From: Eledone cirrhosa
Lineage: Eukaryota
Direction: 5' to 3'
NCBI GenBank assembly: GCA_964016885.1
Contig: OZ024744.1
Location: forward strand, 42,780,001 to 42,844,000
Length of the DNA: 64,000 bases
Below are positions 13,746 through 27,331 of the stretch, in pieces (the first letter of the stretch is position 1; each line of letters begins with the position of its first letter). The notes under the pieces are model-generated. The model made no database searches, had not been told where the DNA came from, and was given only the letters and a program-made list of their open reading frames with translations. A program made the translations under genes and the position numbers.

Positions 13746-14361
13746 TGAACAAAGGACTAACTTTGGGATGGACGTAGAAAAATTCTTCAGCAAAAAAAGA
13801 TGAAAAAAATAATTATTCACAAACTTGACAGGTGCGATTTGCCCGTGACCATTCTCAACACAAAAGCAATGCTAAAAGCTTTTTCCCCTGAATAAAGGAA
13901 TTTTTCGAGAATGACCGGGGCAGGCCGCACTTGCTACATTTCTCCCCACCCAACCCTACTCACCGTCTCAACTCTTTACTGCTATGAACACTTTTTCAAC
14001 ACACCTACACCCATGCACTTATTAAAGGGGGAGAAAAGAAACCCCCACCACACCACAGACATGTTAAATCCCTATATATAGAACAACACACCACATACAC
14101 ATCAGTTTGACAAGCGCACCTCAGCGTGAAAGGTCTTTCTAAAAACGAAACAATACCTCCTACGTTAACCAAGAACTCCTAAGACCTAACCAACAACCAA
14201 CAACTTAATTTATAAAATAATTTTTTTTAAGAAAAATTCTTTTTGGACTTTGTGAAGAAAATAAATTTGTTGAAAGCACAAGTGAAGCCATTTTTTCTCC
14301 CCCCCCCCCCTGTCTTAATATACCTAACTGTACCAAGGATTACACACATTTTCCAATATAT

Positions 14362-17300
14362 ATCATCATCATCATCATCACCGTTTTACGTCCGTTCTTC
14401 CACGCTAGCATGGGTTAGACGGGTTGTCCTGTTGTGGGCAGTGTCTGGTCGACTGACAATGCCTTGCTCATACAGGAACTGATCTGGCTTGATTTCTACA
14501 GCTGGATGCCCTTCCTAACACCAACCTCATTTACAGTGAGTGCTGGGTGCTTTTTCGTGGCGCCTACACATCCACTTTACAGTGTGGGCTGGGTGCTTTT
14601 TTGCCGTGGCACCTCCACGACCACCTTGCGGTGGGGGAAGTGGGGGCATATTGTTTATATGCTTCAGCATGTACCCATGGGAGGTCGGGTACCCTGTATT
14701 ACTGCGTGACGCCAGAAGTCACGGTCGTGTGTCATTGACTTTGAGAGGTGTAGTTGGGTAAGGTCGGCTTTTATCACCTCATCCCAAGTCATCTTGGGTC
14801 TCCCCACTCCGCGGTTTCCATCAACTTCTAGTGCTCTGCACCTTTTTATGCAGCTGTCATCCTTCATACGCATCACATGTCCATACCAGCGTAACCGCCT
14901 CTCCTGCACGCAGCATTTGATTCCTCTTATGCTCAGTCTCTCTCTCAATTCCTTTATGCTTTGTCGTTCACGTATATTACTGTTACACATCCATCGGAGC
15001 ATGCAGGCTTCGTTTCTCTCTAATCTACGTAAGTCTTCCACCTTCAGCGCCCAGGTCTCACTACCATGCAACATCGCTGTTCGGATACACGCATCATACA
15101 GTCTGCCTTTCATTCTGAGGGAGAAGCCTTTTGCAGCTAGCAGTGGTAGTAGTTCCCTAAACTTCTTCCATCCCGTTCTTACCCTAGTTATTGTACTTTC
15201 TGAGCACCCACCTCCGTTGCTAATTCGGTCACCTAGGTAGCAGAAGCTGTCTACTGTTTCTACAGGGCCCTCCCAGAGATTGGTGGTACTTGTTTCCTGT
15301 GGCTGTTTGCTTGCTGTTTCAGCACAGCTGCTGCATGTGAAGCCTACATTCTTAATTAAGCTTCCTGAGATCCCGCTACATCTCTTGTGTACCCATTGTT
15401 TGCATTTGGGGCAGAGAATGGAGTTCCTACCTACACCTTTCCTACATACTGAGCAAGGCCATTTCCCTGAGGGGATCTGGGTTCTGTTTTCTCGTCTACT
15501 TACAAGGACCTTAGTCTTTGTCATGTTGACTTTGAGGCCCTTTCTCTCTAGTCCCTGCTTCCAGGTTTGGAATTTATTCTCTAGTTCTACCATAGATTCA
15601 GCTATGAGTGCGAGGTCATCAGCATACAGGAGTTCCCATGGGCATCCGGTCTTAAACTCCTCCGTTATTGCCTGCAGGACTATGATGAACAGGAGAGGGC
15701 TAAGAACAGAGCCCTGGTGGACCCCAACCTGTACGCTAAATTCCTCGCTATACTCATTGCTAATCCTAACTTTGCTGACTGCTCCCCTATACATGGCTTG
15801 TACCGCTTTCACAAGCCATTCATCTACTCCTAGTTTTCTAAGAGCCCACCAGATTACTGCACGTGGAACTCTGTCAAAGGCTTTCTCAAGGTCGACAAAT
15901 GCCAAGTAGAGTGGCTTACTTTTAGCTAGGTACTTTTCCTGTAATTGCCTCACAAGGAAGAGGGCATCAGTGGTGCCTTTCCCTGGTACAAACCCAAATT
16001 GCATCTCGTCTATATTCACCCGGTCCCTAATCAGCTGTGCTATAACTCTTTCTGTTACTTTCATGACCTGGTCCATCAACTTTATACCTCTATAGTTTCC
16101 TCTATCTAGTGCATCGCCTTTACCTTTGTAGCAGTTGACAATGATGCTACTGCACCAATCTTTTGGTATGGCCCCTTCTAGTATTACCTGGTTAACGATA
16201 CGTGTGGTTATAGTGTGACCTACAGACCCAGATGCCTTCAGCATCTCGGCAGCTATACCCGATGGACCGGTTGCCTTCCCTATCTTCATATCTCTGATTG
16301 CCTTACTTACTAAGCTGCCGCTGACTTGTACTGCTGGTCCCTCTATAGGGTCTACGTGGGGTAGGGTCTCTTCTTCCCATGCATTCTCCTCATTTAGTAA
16401 TCTATCATAATGACTCTTCCGTGCATCTTTCTTCTCAGCACTTGTGAGGGCAAGCTCACCTTTATCATTCCGAATACACTTCTCTCCAATGACATCACAA
16501 CTATCTCTGACACACTGCCTCGCAATCTTGAATACCTCCTGTTTCTGGTCCTCACGTTGTAAAACATGCTTGAATTTTCTATCCTCTGCTTCCCTCCTAG
16601 CTAAGTATACTTGTCGCCTAGCTTCCCTCTTGGTCTCTATGTAATGTACCCTGCTCCCCCCGTTCTTCCACTCTTTCCATGCCTGTCTCTTGGCCTTGAC
16701 TGCTTCATCTACCTTATTGTTCCACCACCAAGTCACTCTCCTCCTGCTTGAGGTCTTACTCCAGCCACAAACCTCATCCGTCGCCTCTAGTAAGTTATTT
16801 TTTAGGAACTCCCAGTTCTCTTCTACGTTAAATGTCACTATCTGTTCTTCTTTACTGTCGTAGGCGTTGAGTAAAATATCTTTAAATCTGTTACTGGTTG
16901 AGGGGACTTTCAGCTTCCAGATCTTTCTTCTCCAGGCTGGCCTCTGTTTCAGGGCTCGTCTAGTTCTGACCGTGAGGTCGCTGACAACTAAGCTATGTTG
17001 GGATGTACATTCTTCACTAGGGAAGGCTTTTGTGTTTACGACCGTCCATCTGTCACGTCCTCTGATGAGGATAAAATCTAACTGACTAGAGTGCTCCCCT
17101 GATCTATAGGTGATCAGGTGGTTGTCGGGTTTTTTAAAGTTTGTGTTACATATCGACATGTCATTGGCGTCGCAGAATTCTAGAAGTCTGAATCCTTCCT
17201 CATTCCTTGTGCCAACTCCATGGCCTCCATGTACTCTATTGAAGCCGTCGCAGTGTTTACCTACGTGTCCGTTAAAATCTCCTGCAATGATTAGGAAGTC

Positions 17301-18380
17301 CTTGTCGTCTGTTAGAGCAGTAGTGTGTATTAGGGACTCGTAAAACCTATCCTTAAGTTCGTCTGGCAGCCCCGATTGGGGTGCGTAAGCTGATATTATT
17401 GTGGTAATTGTCTTATTCAGGACTAGTCTGAGTTTAATGATTCTTGCATTTACCCTGTACACTGAGATTACTTTATCTACCCACTTGTCAGCTAATAGTA
17501 TACCTACACCACCCATCCCATCGTCATTTCCCACCCAGAAAAATTTGTAGCACTAGCTTTTTCCTACAAGGACTCTAGCAGACCCTCCTCTCCATCTAGT
17601 CTCTTGCACACAGCATACATCAACTTCCTTTCGCTCTAGCATTTCTACGATTTCTCCTGCTCTTCCTTTCATTGAGCCTACATTGATGGTACCAACTCGG
17701 AGTTTTGGGCATTTGTCGACACTCGTAGGGGAGGGTCTCTGGGTTGGCGCTTCACGTGGGTGCTTGGTAGCTCGCAGATTCATATTTCATCTATTGATTC
17801 AGAGTTGCTCAAATGTATTCTCAGCTCATCCATCCATAACGGTGGGAAAATTGAGGGCTAGAAAAACAGTGGTGGTGGGGTAATGGCAGTGTGTGTTGGG
17901 ATGCGCCAGAGGAGGAGAGAGTTAGTTAGGCAGGTAGTAGCAGCAGTAGTGGAAATGGCATGCTAGGTTTGATTGGTCGAATAGACTATGGTGGTGTGTG
18001 TGAGGGTGGGGGGGGGGGAACTTGTGAGGTAGGAAGTGAGGGTCGCATGGTAAATAACTGAGAGAGATACAATAGAATTAGAATACCGCATGGTAAATAT
18101 CCAAGTTAATACTACATCAGTAAAATTAACAATAATAACGTCATGAAAAACTACTAAGAAAAACCCTCGAAAATATATCGCTAATACAGCAGGGAACATC
18201 ATTAATCATTAATATTAACAACAATATGTAGGCTAAAATACCTTCGTAGATTAGTAAGGATGGATGGCTGGAAAAATTGGAATCAACTCTAGTGATACAT
18301 TTTAGCAGAGAAGAATGGGAAAGTGTCTTATCTCTTCAATATTTTCAGATTGAATGAATTAGGTTAAAGACAGGGTAGTA
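14362..18380 (-). mobile_element. Near full-length RTE LINE (family A) with 3'UTR and (GAT)n tail; 5' boundary uncertain
   Basis: APE endonuclease + RT ORF; 3'UTR 14381-14663; (CAT)n at 14362-14380 on the plus strand. Confidence 0.9.
14664..17783 (-). pseudogene. RTE ORF (APE + RT, 1040 codons) broken only by a TAG at 17553-17555
   Basis: The 76 aa and 956 aa ORFs share a frame, joined by *CYKFFW; GTINV, CVQETRW, GDFNGH, SQLDFIL, NYRGIKL, DLEKAFD, YADD. Confidence 0.92.
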
Positions 18381-18455
18381 AACCTTAAAGAGATATATAT
18401 AATATATATATAACAGTTATCACCAAAATATATATATCAACGACTATATATATAT

Positions 18456-18527
18456 AGTCGTTGATATATATGATAAATATATTTTGGTGATAACTGTTAC
18501 GTAACAGCTATGCCTCATCAGACAACT
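18456..18527 (-). ncRNA. Degenerate hammerhead motif (G12A) with a short inverted duplication at 18411-18445
   Basis: agttgt-CTGATGA-gg-c-atagctgttac/gtaacagttat-ca-cc-AAAA-tata..tata-TC-aacgact. Confidence 0.5.
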
Positions 18528-19499
18528 AGAAGTTGAACAGAAAAAAAAAAAGAAAAACATAATGATGGAATAAAGCTTACTTCTGTTATTTCGATTCTTT
18601 GATATGCTCAGTGCTGAATTTTGGTTTTGTTTTTTCAAGGCACCAGTAGCATATGATTTAGAATGAAGGAATTCACAGCATCAGTAAGATTAACCCCTTT
18701 CCGATTGGTCAGATTTAGCTTCATCATTCCAACAACAAGTCTATTGAAGTTCTTAGTAGCACCATTGTCCTGGAATCAGGTCAATCAGTTGGGGTTGTTT
18801 TTAGCAGCCACCAATAATAGAGTGTTTGTTGGCCTCTGTGACTTAGGTAGTTGTAGTAATGGTAGCAGTGTTAATATAGTACTACTTCTGGTTATAAAAG
18901 AATGTGTTAAATTTATAATTTATTGGAATGTCAGTGAAAATATATATACAGATTTAGGACCATTAGAACTATAGAAATAACATGTATATGCTTATCAATA
19001 TTAAGAGTCATGATAATAAAAGAAAGTGTTAAAATTATAATCCATATTGCAAATATATATATGTACCCTTTAGAAAAATGTAAAGAACATGTGCGTGCTA
19101 ATCTATATTAAGAATGTCATTTGTAATTTACTTATTACAGTTTGTATTGACGTTTATAAGTGAAAGAAATTACATTGGAGATAGTTGGTCCTTAAGAAAA
19201 CCAAAGTATAAACAAAGGATAGAGGATGAAACCCGGAAAACAAAAATGTGGGGTGTGTGTAGATACACAAGATTGGATTCTGTGAATGCATATCTTGCTA
19301 AATAATTATTGATTCAGAGTAAAAGAGGAAATCCAAGGTAAAGTAAGGCGTAGGTCCAACTGCTGAGTTAGTGTGGATCTAGGATACATTTAGATGCTGC
19401 TAGTAGAAACAAGAAGGTATAGGAGCAGGGGTGGGGTTGGTGTATCTGGGACTCAGTTGCGGGTTGCTATCCATATGGCTTGAGGAAAGTTCCCATCTT

Positions 19500-21200
19500 T
19501 AAAGCAATCTTCCCTACGGTTGATTATTTTATTCCACCTTTGAGTATCTTGAGGGTCTCACTCAGACAGAGACTGCAAATGCCAAACCCACCTCCATCTG
19601 GGGGTAGCTCCCTAACCTTGGACCAGACCAAAGAATATGATTGCTTGTCCAGCTTGAGCTTCTAGATCAGCTCAGAAAGGGCAGTACTTTTCCATTTGCC
19701 GATCCTATTAATGGAATGGTGGTAATTATACCACCTGTCCTTGAAGGTCGTTGACATTGCTCCTATGTATATATGTGCCAAGTGGCAGGTAGTAACCCTG
19801 TATTAGTAAACTAAGTTTTTCACAAGGCATTTGTTGCTAAGGGGGGACAAGACGGGATTTCTGCAGTTACATGATGCAGTCAACATCTGTGTATTTACTG
19901 CGGAGTGCCCAGTGGGTAGGTTGAAGCAGTCTGCCCCTGTGACTTTCACATGGTCCCTGAGTAGATTAGTGTTACTCGAGTCAGTACCAGGCCTAATGTT
20001 TTCCCTGTCCAGACTCTGCTGGGTGTTGAGAGAATGAGCTGGTGCCTGTCTAAATATACTAAATCTATTCCTATTGAAGCTAGCTATGTGCTGAGCTACA
20101 CTGCACATGGCAGAGGAGAAAAGCTTCAGTGTCATCTTCATCATCATCTTCGTTTAACGTCCGTCTTCCACGCTAGCATGGGTTAGTGTGTGCCTGTTAA
20201 ACATTCTATGGTACTTGTGGGTCCTTAGGAAGCATTTATCTGGCGCCCTAAAGAATAAACAGGCCAGGTATGTCTGCATATCCACAGAGTATGGTGGATT
20301 ATGCCAAATTATTTTTCTATGTCTAGTCCTAAGTGTGTAGGTTGAGTACACATCAGGCCATTGGGAAGTTAGTGGGGCCCTATGGCTTCTAGTGCTGCTG
20401 TTGCCCCATTGTGTGGTATGGTTCCTGCTTGCTGTTCTGTCTCCTTTGGTAGGGTGAGGCTGGTCATCACCGGAGTTTCCACACTGGAGTATTCCACCAT
20501 CCATTCCAGTTGTGTCCTGCGGTTAGAGACGCAAGGGCCAGGGTGGTTTTTATCAGCATTAGGCCTTTCCTGCGTATTGCATTTATTTGCATGCCAGGGA
20601 GTATGTGCCTCTCCCACAGATGTGGTGGTGCTAGATCCCAAGAGTTTAGGTGCAGTAGCCTAAACCTTCCCTGTATTTAGTGGATTTCTCCCCTTCCTGA
20701 GACTAGTTGTCGAATTTCCTAGGTCATCTCTCTCATGACCCCTTAGCTAAAGCCACTTTAGCTAAAGCTATATTGTAATATTCAGCATTATTATTGGAGA
20801 TCTCCTAGCTAGCAGATAAGTTGGAGATCCTATATGAGACACTCTTGACTACAGCCTTAATAATTGATCTAGGGTGGTTGGAGTTAGCCTTAACATATAC
20901 TAGCTTTTCAATCAGTTTGTGGTAGTGGTAGTATAGTTTAGTATTGAGGTATAGGGTGAAGTCTAAGAAGTTAACAATGTTCCTATTAGGGTCTACTTCT
21001 ATTCTAAGTCCTAAATTTTAAAGAAATATCTAATCCTCCTGTTCCTTCTCTCCACCATACTAGTGCTGTGGTCGGAGGCAGTGAAGAGGGCATCATCGCG
21101 GTATAAACAACTGCCAAAGCTGAAGATTTCCTCCTTAATTTGTTTAAGTAAGAAAAGCTGAAATAGGTCTGTTAGCTGCACAGAGCCCATTGTGATATCA
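19500..21200 (-). mobile_element. Degenerate Penelope-like element (RT remnant plus C-terminal GIY-YIG remnant)
   Basis: DITMGS, LTDL, LYRDD, IVNFLDFTL near 20900-21195; YNYHHS..STALS..CSLCLSE near 19550-19730. Confidence 0.65.
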
Positions 21201-24159
21201 ATATATATTTGTGTGTGTGTAAGTTGATTTATTCAATATAGATTGGTAAAATAAGTACCAGAATTCAAAATATGTCCTGGGATTGAAATAATCAACTAAG
21301 CCCTTTAAACTAGTGCCCCAGTCAAATGACTTATGAAACAAATAAAAGAATAAAATAATTTAAAAAATAATTGTGCCTTAGCATAACCACAGCGCATTGT
21401 CCCAAACTAGTAAAAATGTGTGTGAAGTGTGAATGTGAGCATGTGTGTGTATGTGTAATTGTGTATGTACATGTGTGTGCATGTGTGTGTGAATATATAA
21501 ATGAAAGAGAGTTTAAATACAGAGTATATATACTGTTCAAGAAAAGATAACCCAATACTGTGCATATGGTGATATTTATTTCATGAATTTAAAACATCAG
21601 TATATTTCAGTGACTGATCTTCTTTCTTCTTTAGTTCCTTTTGTGTTATGGGAAGCCATGTAATAAATGCAGAACTTTATGAGGATTTCCCAAATGTTTC
21701 ATGAACAGTTCAACAAAGAAGGATGCAGACCACTGCATCAAACACAATGATGAGATAGCAAACTACCTGCATCAGTTGTTAGCTGTCAGGACACTGCATC
21801 CTTCAAATCTTCATGCTTCCTGAAATTCACCAACACTACACCTGATATTCCCTCTCTATAAACACACACGCATGTATCTGTGTGTATATCATGACTCATT
21901 TACTGTTTGCTTTCCTGACATTTGTACATTATTCTATGTACCATATGTGCACCTTTTATGAGTTGTAGTGCACCTGATCACTGTACTCAATAACTTTCAT
22001 TATTATATCATTATTTTATGAGATGGTAAACAATTTAGTGCTCTCGCAACCTACTGAAGGAAGAACTTGTAGAGTGGGGAGAAAAATCACCTACATGGAT
22101 ACTGCTTGAAAACACAGAGATAGAGACTGTAGAGGAGATCAAGACCATCATGAATGACCGTTGTAAATGGAAGTGATATGTAGAATCAATGGGGCATCCC
22201 ACTGGATGACTGAGGATAGGATAGGATTGCTCACTACAGAGCATTGAGTGATGAAAGATCTCCATTCTGCATGGTTGCAAGCTTTGTCACAAGCCTGCCC
22301 CCAGGTCATACCCATCTCTGTAAGGTCTTCCTCCACGGACATCAGCCAGGTCTTGACAGGTCTATCTTGTTACTAAACCCTCCTAGTAGCTTCCATTCAA
22401 GGGAAACTCTCACTGGTCACTTTGTAGACATGTGTTGCACATGGCCATGCATCTTCCATGTCTCACAAGCATACATCGACATTATGACTGATAGTTTCCT
22501 ATTATGATTTTTCAGACAGAATAAATATTTTTGTGGACTTGAAGTTACGTTTATAAAAAAAGGGTTTTCTGTGAATGCTGTAGTATGTGGAGACAGGTTA
22601 GTGATTGGTTTGGGTTGAAAGGCTTTGTGGGTACAGAAGGTGATGGGCTGTTAATAAGGTGCAAATGGTGTGCACATGTGTCTGTAAGTGTATGTGTGTG
22701 GTTGGGAATGGAGTGCACATGTTTGTTTGTTGTGTGTGTGTCTGTCTATGTGTGTGTGTGTGTGTGTGTGTGTGGTTAAGAATGGTGTGCACATATGTGT
22801 ACGTGTTGTGTGTATAAATATGTGAAATGTGTGCATGTGTGTGTCTGCATGTGGTTGGGTGAGCAAGTGATTGATTGTCCAAATTTCGTTGTTTCGGTGC
22901 TTCAAAGGTATTTTGAGTGGTCAAGTAAAGAGATAGAAAAACAAAGATGTTAATGGTCAGATCGGACCAAGGTCATTATCAAAAATTTGGAGGGATTTAG
23001 TAATATGACAAACTTTCTCATCATCAATCCGATGGTTAGAACATAACAAATGTTCTAAAATAAAATTATGAAGGAAGGTTTTCAGATAATTATAAACACT
23101 TTGAAAGAAACAGTTTTGTATTTTCATGTGCTATCTTCAGCTTTAGATATTTCAAGAGATGGAGATAAAGGAGGAAATAACAGATAACGATTCAATGGTG
23201 ATTATGTACCTGCTTCCATTCTTCATTCCATTGTTGAAACTCTTTGCTTTTAGCAACAACTGGCTGAAGCATGAATGCCTTTTCTGTGATTGGAGGCAGG
23301 ATTGAAACTCAGAACGCATAAAGCTAGAAGAGATTCCACAAAACAGCCTATCTGGTTCTTTGACAAATCTGCCAATTCACCAGCCCTAAATTTATACTCT
23401 ATTCATCAACCACGAAGGGAGGAAAAGTAAAATTAACCCCAGAGGTATCTGAACTGAAAGTTCAGAAAACCAGAATGAACCGACACTTTAATAACTCTTC
23501 CAATTCGCTACCAGAGATTCAAACGTGGATAATTAGTCATTAATGCTGGAATGATGATGATTGTAATGGGAGTATGTGTTGATTAGGTGGCTCTAATTTA
23601 TTTTGAATATATATATGCATGCAGTTGGCTATATAATGAATAATAAAGACAAAATGAAATTTTACTAAATGTGAATACCTTAAAATAACTGATAATAACT
23701 GTGGTTTGTAATTTCAGTGGGACTAATTACTTGGAAAATAGTTAATGAGGACTGTTGTATGGATATTGTATGGTGGTTGTGGTGGTGGTGGTGTTGGTGT
23801 TGGTGGTATTGGTGGAGGGGTGGAAGGTGTGTGTGTATGTGTGTGTATGTGTGTGAATAAATGACTATTGACTGTTAGGGAGAGTGATATAATGTAGTCA
23901 ATTAGTTTATATTTGTGTTGGATAAACACATACACATATGCATCATCATCATCATTGTTTAATGTCCATTTTCCACGCTAGCATGGGTTAGACATGTGAG
24001 ACATATCAGATTAGATGATCATGTCTTGCTCACACAGAACTGTTACGGCCTGGGGTTTTTTTACTGCTGGATGCCCTTCTTAATACCAACCACATTTATA
24101 GTGTGTACTGGGTGTTTTTTGTCATACACCTCAAGATTGGAATTAACAATGATTATAGT

Positions 24160-25058
24160 AAGGAATTTAGTATGCACATGAAGGTCCATCAGGGGTCTGT
24201 TCTTAGTTCTCTCCTGTTCATTTTCATCCTACAGACCTAGAAAAACTTGGGATGAGATGATAAAAGCTGACCTTGCACAATTTAATCTCTCAAAGGAGAT
24301 GACACAAGATCGAGATCTCAAGTATTATGCTGAACTGCAGAAGACTCCTCTTCCCATTTACACAGGATGAAACAAACATGTAGATGACACTAGTCTGCAC
24401 CAATCTTCTCCCTACCACTCTCCCCATTCACACTTCCGAGTCTTGATACCCTGTCCTCACCAGCTAAATATCCCACTCACCTCATTCACATCCAAAATGT
24501 ATACACCTTCAATACTCCTGACGTACCTCTCCTTTCTTGTCCAACCGATGCATACACATATGGAAAGTTGGCCACACTCCACATTTGCTCTTCCACAACA
24601 AATAAAGACTTAGTCCACTCTGTATGGTAAGCTGGTGCCACAAACAACAAAAGCATCTAGTACCCAATGTCAGGTAGCCATACTGGTAACATAAGAGGCA
24701 GTACCTAACCCACTCTGTAGGGTGTTCATGCTGGTGATATGACAAGAAACTCTCAGTCTACCCTGCATAATGGTAATACTGGTGACACAACAAAAAGAAC
24801 CAAGCCCACTCAGTAAGGTGATCATGCTGGTGAAATGAGAAAAAAGAACCATGTCTACCCTCTTTGATTGTCGTTTTAGTGCTACAATAAAAAGCACCCA
24901 GTCTACACTGTAACATGGTTTGCATTAGGAAAGGCATCCAGTCATAGAAACCTAGCCAAAATACAGATCCATATGAATAAGACATAGCAACCTGACCAGA
25001 CTTGTCTCATAATGTGACAATCCATCTAAAACATGCAAGCTTGGAAAATAGACATTAA

Positions 25059-25103
<45 letters not shown>
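24160..25103 (+). mobile_element. Old RTE 3' remnant with a tandemly repeated 3'UTR unit (~40 bp) and (GAT)n tail
   Basis: [12 protein letters not shown] and KTWDEMIK remnants; repeated agtctaccctg-like units; ttaggaaaggcatccag motif. Confidence 0.6.
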
Positions 25104-25105
<2 letters not shown>

Positions 25106-25879
25106 ATGTGTATGTATTGTGTCCTTGAGCAAGACACTTTATTTCATGATTCTCCAGTCCACTCAGCTGGAAAAAATGAGTTGTACCTGTAATTCAAAGA
25201 GCTAGCCTTTTTACAAACAGAATCATGCTGAATCTCCCTGAGAACTACACTAAGGGTGCATGTGTCAGTGGAATACTCACCCACTTGCACATTAATTTCA
25301 CAACCAGGCCATTCCATAGTTCAAACAACTGGAACACTTGTCATCCCAACCGACAGAGGTCCAACATGTGTGTGTGTGTGTGTGTGCGTCTGTGTGATTC
25401 GAATAGTTACAACAGCACCCAGAATCTTGTAATGGCAGCATTGATAACAGAAAATAATGCTGTGTTAAACAGTGGACCATAAAACCTGAACCTTCCCTGG
25501 CGGTATCATTGCTGCTTGGCACTGCTGGGGGGGGGGGGCGTGGTATCGCTCAGGAGGTGCTGAAATCCTTGATATCGCCTGTAGACATCTGATGATGAAG
25601 AGAATGTATCACAGTAATTGTTGTGGGTTAATGACATAAGCTCTGATTATAAAAGAAACTGTAACTACTCAGTTGTGGTAATGGCATGACTATAGCCAAA
25701 ATATCATAAAATAATCAGTCGATTTTTCTTCTGGTTCTCTGCATTCTAAATTGAAATTTTGCTGGAGTCAACTTTACACTTCCTCCTTTCAGTATTGATT
25801 GAATAAAGTAACAGTCCATGGTTGTTGATTAGCAGAGTCATAAACAAATCTAATTCAAATTCCAACAACATTAGAGATA

Positions 25880-26230
25880 TTGAAAAAATGGAAAATGAAG
25901 GGAAGGGCAAGGGATCTGGGAGTCATGAAAATTTAGAGGAAGGGGGAAGGCGATGGGCTCTGGACCTATGGCATGGTAGTGTTGAGGCTGTGCCCTACAG
26001 ACAATGGCCAACAACACCCATTGCAACAGCCACCCCACCTCGTGGAGCTCCTTCCTCAGACGGGCTGCTGAAGATCCGATCTTGCGAAGAAGCTCGGCAG
26101 TACGGGGTCCAAGTACTCCTGAGATCTCAATGGCAACCGGTGGGAAGAGGAAGCTGCTAGACAGTACCTGCTATTTGTCTTTCTTTCATCTACACTGCGA
26201 GCCACAGTACCCTCATTTGTAGCAAAAGTG
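25880..26230 (-). mobile_element. CRE-like RLE retrotransposon 3' fragment; related remnant at ~50230-50410
   Basis: ERK..RY..FLFPPVAIEISGVLGPRTAELLRKIG..WLLQWVLLAIV resembles the CRE-clade C-terminus. Confidence 0.55.
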
Positions 26231-26785
26231 ACTAAATTGGAAGCGGAGAACTTGTCACATGTGGCATGCCAGATGAGGGATCTACTTCCTTTGAATGGGT
26301 AATTAGAGCATTAGACAAGATACTTCACAGTATCTAGTCCAGCACTTTAAGTTCTGAGTTCAAATTTAGCCTGAGGGATTCAAATCCCATCAAACCAATT
26401 GTCGAAACTAATCACATAACCATAGAAACATAAGCTAATATCTACTGTCTTTACTTGTACATCAACTACATACAAAGTTAACTTTCCTGTTAGTCTGCCT
26501 ACTATTTCACTATACCACTTGTTACCTAAAATTTACATTGTGTACATTGTATAGAGTTTCTACTTCCTTTTCTACGTATCGAACAAGGCCACATTCCTAA
26601 TGAGATCAGGGTCCTGTCTACTTTCCTACTTACAACCACTTTGTTAGGTTTTTGTTGAGTTTACTCTGAATACTTTTGATTCCAAGTTCTTTTTCCCTAG
26701 CCAGACTTTGTTCTGAAGCTCTTCCACAGATTCAGGTATAAGAACCATCTATGCATCACATAGTGCTTTCTAGACCTATATTTAA

Positions 26786-27039
26786 CCCTTTAGCATTTAA
26801 ACTGGCCATATCTGGCCAGAATTCTCTCACCTCTTTCTGTTCAAACCAGCCATAACCAGCCACTCATACTTATGTTAAGATATTGTTCTCAAAATCTCAT
26901 AGATTTGATATTATATGAGATAATTATGTGAAATAAAGTGTTTATCATGAAAAAACAATAGTAAATATAGAGTAATGTAAATATAGAGTAATGTAAATAT
27001 AGAGTAATCTAAATATAGAGTAATGTAAATGCTAAAGAG
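26786..27039 (+). mobile_element. piggyBac-type MITE
   Basis: TTAA-CCCTTTAGCATTTA...TAAATGCTAAAGAG-TTAA; internal 16-bp unit gtaaatatagagtaat x4. Confidence 0.85.
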
Positions 27040-27331
27040 TTAAGAGAAAGGTCTATTAGCTTTCATTCTCCTCCTCTAGATTTTCCTGTGTTTCTTGTTG
27101 TTTTGTACTTATTCTGATGTCACTAATAACTAATTTATTAGTGACATTCTTCACCAGGGAAGAACTTAACGTAACCATCTGTCTATTTCATTTTCTATCA
27201 AGTAAAAAATTAGTGTTTCAAATAGTTAGTTCATTTTCATATATATATACATATACTTACATACACACATACATACGCACATAATTGATGGCTGCAAACT
27301 CTGCCAATATTATTGCAATCACTTGTCAGAT

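Noticed and set aside
14247-14284. Hammerhead at the end of the 10724 PLE (actt-tGTGAAGA..GAAAgcac-aagt)
   Set aside because: Position is plausible, but at least two core positions deviate; too decayed to call
18630-18974. 103-aa ORF/exon in non-repetitive sequence
   Set aside because: No recognisable motif; the nearby acceptor leads to stops in all frames
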